From a virus (lineage: Duplodnaviria > Caudoviricetes): DNA of 36,067 bases. The stretch spans positions 1 through 36,067 of the IMG/VR virus record IMGVR_UViG_3300027819_000004; one strand, written 5' to 3'. Under the pieces are notes generated by a model. The model worked only from the letters and a program-made list of their open reading frames with translations, did not search any database and had not been told where the DNA came from. Below are positions 32,066 to 36,067 of this stretch, one piece after another. The position numbers and the translations under genes are program-made. Every line of letters begins with the position of its first letter. The stretch's first letter is position 1.

Positions 32066-34282
32066 ATGCCGAAATTCATAGAAAATCTTCTCTCCTACGC
32101 GGGCTTCGTCCACAAGGATAAGGCCGCCTCGCCGAGCGTCTCATCGAGCTATAGCGCGGACCCGTTCACGCTCTGGCGCACGAATAGAAAGATTGACCCC
32201 GCGAGAGCACTCGAGGCCTACAGCGGCTGGGTGTATGCCGCGGTGAAAGCGATATCGGACGAGATAGGCGGTATAGAGCACCGGCTTTTTAAGGTAGGAA
32301 AGGATGGCGACAAGGAGCTTTTCGAGCACGACATTCTCAATCTCCTTAACGGGGTGAACGACTACCAGACGGGCCTCGAGCTGAAGCAGATCACGACCGC
32401 GCACTTGAAGATGGTGGGGAATGCTTACTGGTACCTGGAGGGCGCCGCGGACGAAACCACCAAACCGCTCGCGGTGCATATAATGATCCCCTCGAAGGTA
32501 AAGGTGCTGGTGAATAGGGAGGAGTTTCCGACGCGCGTGCAGGGGTACGAATACCGCCTGGGCTCGCGCGTGTACAAATTCAAGCCGCACGAGGTGATCC
32601 ACTTCAAAGACCCAGACCCGAACGACCCGCACGAGGGCATAGGCGTGGCGCAGACCATAGCGCAGTGGATAGACGCGGACAACTACGCGATGGAATTCAA
32701 CCGGCGCTTCTTCCTGAACGGCGCGCGTATAGGGGGCTTCTTGAAAACGGACAGCGCTTACACGCCGGACCAGCTGCAGTACCTCAAGGCCTCCTTCGAG
32801 GCGGCCTTTAAGGGAGTGGAGAACGCCTACAAGGTGCTCGCGCTTCCGAAGGGCACGGAGTACGAGGAGGGCGGCAAGACGCAGAAGGACATGGACTTCT
32901 CCAACCTCTCTCTCGCCATGCGGGACCGGATCATAGCGGGCTTTAAAGTGCCGCGCACCGCGCTTGGCATAACCGACGACGTGAACCGCGCGAACGCGGA
33001 GGCGACCGACTACGTTTTCGCCGCGCGCACCATAAAGCCGCTGATGAAGCTGATCACCGCGTACCTCAACGAGTTCCTCGTGCCGCGCTACGGGCAGGAC
33101 ATCTATCTCGACTTCGCGGACCCCGTGCCAGAGGACAGGGCACAAAAGATGGACGAGATGACGAAGGCGGTCGGCGCCGCGCCGGTAATAAGCGCGAACG
33201 AGGCGCGCGAGAAGTACTTCGGACTCGAGCCTGTAGACGGCGGCGACGACGTGCTCGTGCCATTTAGCCTGCAGCCGCTCTCCGGAGGCGGAGGCACGGA
33301 CTACGGAACCCCTACCGGCCGCAGCGTTTCCGCGCGCGTGAGCGCGAGGAAAATTAGCAGAGGCCACTTTGTAAAAACGCGCTTTGCCATGAATGCCGAG
33401 CACCGGCGGACCATATCAAAAACCATAGCGGAAAAGGCCGCGGCGGAGGTGGCAAATATTCTGAAAGACGCGGCGGAGGTAAAAGACAAGGCGAGGAAGA
33501 ATTTGTCGCAGCTCTCGGACGACGAATATGAGAAGCTCTACAAGGGGTTCGCGCTTCGCGTGACCGGCTACGAGAAGCGGCAGACGAGCGCCGTGCAGGA
33601 CTTCAACGCGCGGCAGCGGAGGGAGGTGCTGGGGAACCTTCCGAAGATAGCGAAGGCCATAGACAAGCAGGACATCTTCGACCTCGAGGAGAGCATGGCC
33701 GCCCTCATAGATCTCTCGAAGCCGATACTCTACGACCTCGCCGGCAAGGAGGGCAAGGAGGCCGCCGCGCTCCTCGGGATACCGGATATGGATATTCTCT
33801 CCCGCGAGGTGCGGGCCGCGCTCGACAAGGCGATAGAGCTGATGAGCCGGAAGTACAACGAGACCACGCGGGACGAGCTGAAGCGCGCGCTCGAGAAGGG
33901 GTTGAAGGAGGGCCTCGGACAGGAGGAGCTCGCGGACCTCGTGAGCGGCATATACGAGTGGTCCGACGACGTGCGCGCGCTGGCGGTGGCCCGCACGGAG
34001 ACCTTTAGAATTGCGAACTACTCAACCCAGCAGGCGTGGAAGCAATCCGGAGTAGTAAAAGCGCAGCGATGGTACACGGCAGCGGACGAGCGCGTCTGCC
34101 CGTGGTGCCAGCCGCAGCACGGAAAGGTCGTAGGCATCGACGAGGACTTCTTCAAGAAGGGGGACGAGGTCACGGGAAGCGACGGCTCAAAGCTTCCGAT
34201 TGACTACTCCGACGTAGGGGCGCCGCCGCTCCACGTCTCCTGCCGGTGCTACATAAGGCCAGATGAAATCTCCCTAGAGTAA
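32066..34282 (+). CDS. HK97-family portal protein fused to a Mu gpF/SPP1 gp7-like head morphogenesis domain
   Basis: WVYAAV.AIS, GNAYW, EVIHFK, FFLNGA, FKVP..LG and NEARE (portal); ARTET, W.TAADERVCPWC and PPLHVSCRCYI (gpF). Confidence 0.93.
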   Translation: MPKFIENLLSYAGFVHKDKAASPSVSSSYSADPFTLWRTNRKIDPARALEAYSGWVYAAVKAISDEIGGIEHRLFKVGKDGDKELFEHDILNLLNGVNDYQTGLELKQITTAHLKMVGNAYWYLEGAADETTKPLAVHIMIPSKVKVLVNREEFPTRVQGYEYRLGSRVYKFKPHEVIHFKDPDPNDPHEGIGVAQTIAQWIDADNYAMEFNRRFFLNGARIGGFLKTDSAYTPDQLQYLKASFEAAFKGVENAYKVLALPKGTEYEEGGKTQKDMDFSNLSLAMRDRIIAGFKVPRTALGITDDVNRANAEATDYVFAARTIKPLMKLITAYLNEFLVPRYGQDIYLDFADPVPEDRAQKMDEMTKAVGAAPVISANEAREKYFGLEPVDGGDDVLVPFSLQPLSGGGGTDYGTPTGRSVSARVSARKISRGHFVKTRFAMNAEHRRTISKTIAEKAAAEVANILKDAAEVKDKARKNLSQLSDDEYEKLYKGFALRVTGYEKRQTSAVQDFNARQRREVLGNLPKIAKAIDKQDIFDLEESMAALIDLSKPILYDLAGKEGKEAAALLGIPDMDILSREVRAALDKAIELMSRKYNETTRDELKRALEKGLKEGLGQEELADLVSGIYEWSDDVRALAVARTETFRIANYSTQQAWKQSGVVKAQRWYTAADERVCPWCQPQHGKVVGIDEDFFKKGDEVTGSDGSKLPIDYSDVGAPPLHVSCRCYIRPDEISLE

Positions 34283-34308
34283 AGTCGAATCAAATTAAAA
34301 ATAAAAAT

Positions 34309-34929
34309 ATGAAATCAAAAATTGCATTGAACGAAAACGTAGAATACTCGAAGCTTCACTGTGTACAGTGTGCGAGAAACAGAAACCTTTGCCCGAAATT
34401 TGGCACGCCGCACGGCGAGCCTCGTTCCCTGTTCCAGCCGTGGGGATGGGTGAGTCGCCTTATCAAAAACGGCTACCTCTCCGCGCAACACGTCAAGCTC
34501 CCGATTGTATTCGGGTATTGGACCCAGACCCTGAAAGTATCGAACCTCGTGGTTACGGCCGGATCCTCGACCGTCCCCGCCCTTCTTTTCGGGACCGGTA
34601 CGGTGTATGGGGTTTATAAGTACATAGCGGTAGGCATCGGCACCGGCGCAGCAGCCGCAGGCGATACCGGTCTTGGCACCGAGATCACGGACAGCGGGCT
34701 CGCGCGCGGGACCGCGACAGTAACCGCGCAAACAACCGACGTGACCAACGACACGGGCCAGCTCGTGCTGAGCTTCTCCGTGACCGGCACGAAAGCGGTG
34801 ACGGAATCAGGAGTATTCAACAACATAGTGGTCGCGCAGGGCACGATTCTCGCGCGGCAGGTTTTCTCCGCGATCAACGTAGTAAACGGCGACACCCTGC
34901 AGCTCACCTGGAAATTCGACATCGACTGA
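34309..34929 (+). CDS. Virion structural protein (fibre-anchor-like), paralogous to 10646-11221
   Basis: NLVVTAG, YIAVGIGT..AAAGDTGLGTEI, VTESGVFN and GTILARQVFSAINVVNGDTLQLTW motifs. Confidence 0.7.
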   Translation: MKSKIALNENVEYSKLHCVQCARNRNLCPKFGTPHGEPRSLFQPWGWVSRLIKNGYLSAQHVKLPIVFGYWTQTLKVSNLVVTAGSSTVPALLFGTGTVYGVYKYIAVGIGTGAAAAGDTGLGTEITDSGLARGTATVTAQTTDVTNDTGQLVLSFSVTGTKAVTESGVFNNIVVAQGTILARQVFSAINVVNGDTLQLTWKFDID

Positions 34930-34938
34930 CCTACGAAG

Positions 34939-36067
34939 ATGTCCCTGAACCCGAGAGCACAAGCAGCGCGCATGCGGCCGTCGAGGTTTCCTCGGCGGCT
35001 TCCTGCCGTGCAAAAGCCGAGCGCGCTCGGGCGCCTTTATACCTTCTTCTTTCCCGACGACACGAAGATCAAGATTGAGTGCACGACGTTTTGGAAGCTG
35101 GATAAGTACGGGCTAAAACTCACGAGGAGGTTCTATACATTCCGCTCGTTTTTTTGGCATTACGTCTATGCGGTATTCATTACTCCATTCAGAAGTCACG
35201 CCGAATGGCGTCGGCGCAATCCAACGGCGGAGCTTTATATGTCCCCGCAGTACGGCGCGATAGCGTTCGACAATAGCACCTCAGGCACAGGAAATTTAAG
35301 TATTAGCCATACCTGCACGGGCAGTAATTTAGTGCTTGTAGGAGGACACGTGAATGTAGACGATGTAACGCAACTTCAGGTTACAAGTATGACTTACAAT
35401 GGCGTGGCGCTGACCGCGCAAATAAATAATTATTATTTTCTAAACGCTGAGAGTTCTTACCGCAATCTGGATATCAGGTATCTTGCTTCGCCTGCTACGG
35501 GCGCAAATACGTTTGTAATAAATAATAACGATGCAAACACTCGGAGTAAAGTGGGCGGCTGCATCTCGCTCTCCGGCTGCAACACGACGACGCCGGTTGA
35601 CACGGGCACCTCGAGCACGTCCCACACAGAAGGGGTAAAGACGACCGCGCCGGCGATCACAGTCACCACCGCGAACGCGAACACGATGCTTATAGAGTTT
35701 GGGAATATGCAGTTGGATAGTGATAACACTACCGTTGGCGGCAGCGAAACTGCTAGATGGGAATTAGTAGCTACAACACAAGGTCATTGTCTCGGGATAG
35801 CAAGCACTAGATCCACAACCGCGGCCGGAAGCTACACGAACACGTGGACAAAAACCGGTGACTATTTTGGTGGCTGGGTAACCGGCATCATCGGCATAAA
35901 CGAGAAGGTCACGAGCTTCAGCCAGACCCTCTCCGAGGCGGTAACGATTGCGGACACGATCACAAGGAGCACGACGAAGGTGGTCTCGGAGGCGGTTATA
36001 CTAGCCGACACCATAGCGCGGAGCGTAACGAGGGAGCTCTCCGAGGTGATGGTCATTGCCGACACGG
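34939..36067 (+). CDS. N-terminal part of the wrap-around fibre-like protein (continues at 128-795; alternative start 35239)
   Basis: Manually translated, no stop from ATG 34939 to the window end; AIAFD...LSISHTCTGSNLVLV...MTYNGVALT beta-sandwich domain, then repeats. Confidence 0.8.
   Translation, partial: MSLNPRAQAARMRPSRFPRRLPAVQKPSALGRLYTFFFPDDTKIKIECTTFWKLDKYGLKLTRRFYTFRSFFWHYVYAVFITPFRSHAEWRRRNPTAELYMSPQYGAIAFDNSTSGTGNLSISHTCTGSNLVLVGGHVNVDDVTQLQVTSMTYNGVALTAQINNYYFLNAESSYRNLDIRYLASPATGANTFVINNNDANTRSKVGGCISLSGCNTTTPVDTGTSSTSHTEGVKTTAPAITVTTANANTMLIEFGNMQLDSDNTTVGGSETARWELVATTQGHCLGIASTRSTTAAGSYTNTWTKTGDYFGGWVTGIIGINEKVTSFSQTLSEAVTIADTITRSTTKVVSEAVILADTIARSVTRELSEVMVIADT
35941..36067 (+). 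repeat. Terminal direct repeat, copy 2
   Basis: Identical to 1-127. Confidence 0.95.

Noticed and set aside
505-36065. Numerous long minus-strand ORFs (e.g. 1108-2187, 9573-10514, 12630-13535, 26956-27978, 32141-33403)
   Set aside because: Antisense shadows of GC3-rich + strand genes; no recognisable motifs and fully overlapped by well-supported genes.
1-36067. Complete diversity-generating retroelement or retron
   Set aside because: No reverse transcriptase motif and no template/variable repeat pair seen.
1-36067. Stop-codon reassignment
   Set aside because: Core genes are full length in code 11 and end in all three stop codons, often with ATGA coupling.

Overview
The window is an apparently complete, circularly permuted tailed-phage genome of 35,940 bp: bases 1-127 are repeated exactly at 35941-36067, most likely an assembler overlap. 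All credible genes lie on the + strand and use the standard code. The structural genes are HK97-like and siphovirus-type: terminase, portal fused to a Mu gpF/SPP1 gp7-like domain, a fibre-like module placed inside the head cluster, prohead protease, capsid, neck, tail tube, frameshifted chaperone, short tape measure and tail tip. Lysis genes comprise a papain-like peptidoglycan-binding endolysin, two holin-like proteins and a lytic transglycosylase. The early/middle region carries a Bet/Exo pair, a RusA-like protein, a TylF-like methyltransferase, translation initiation factor IF-1 and two degenerate DNA methyltransferases. I recognise no integrase, CI repressor, polymerase, primase, helicase or replication initiator. 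Instead there is a bacterial oriC-like element (DnaA boxes, 11-bp phased degenerate arrays, AT-rich tract) at about 21350-21620. Expression signals are unusual: Shine-Dalgarno sites are largely absent, an (AAG)GTCG(A) motif recurs about 20-35 nt upstream of many starts, and several extended -10 boxes sit where they would give leaderless mRNAs. A Patescibacteria (CPR) host is my inference only. All protein calls come from motif recognition by eye; no database search was run.
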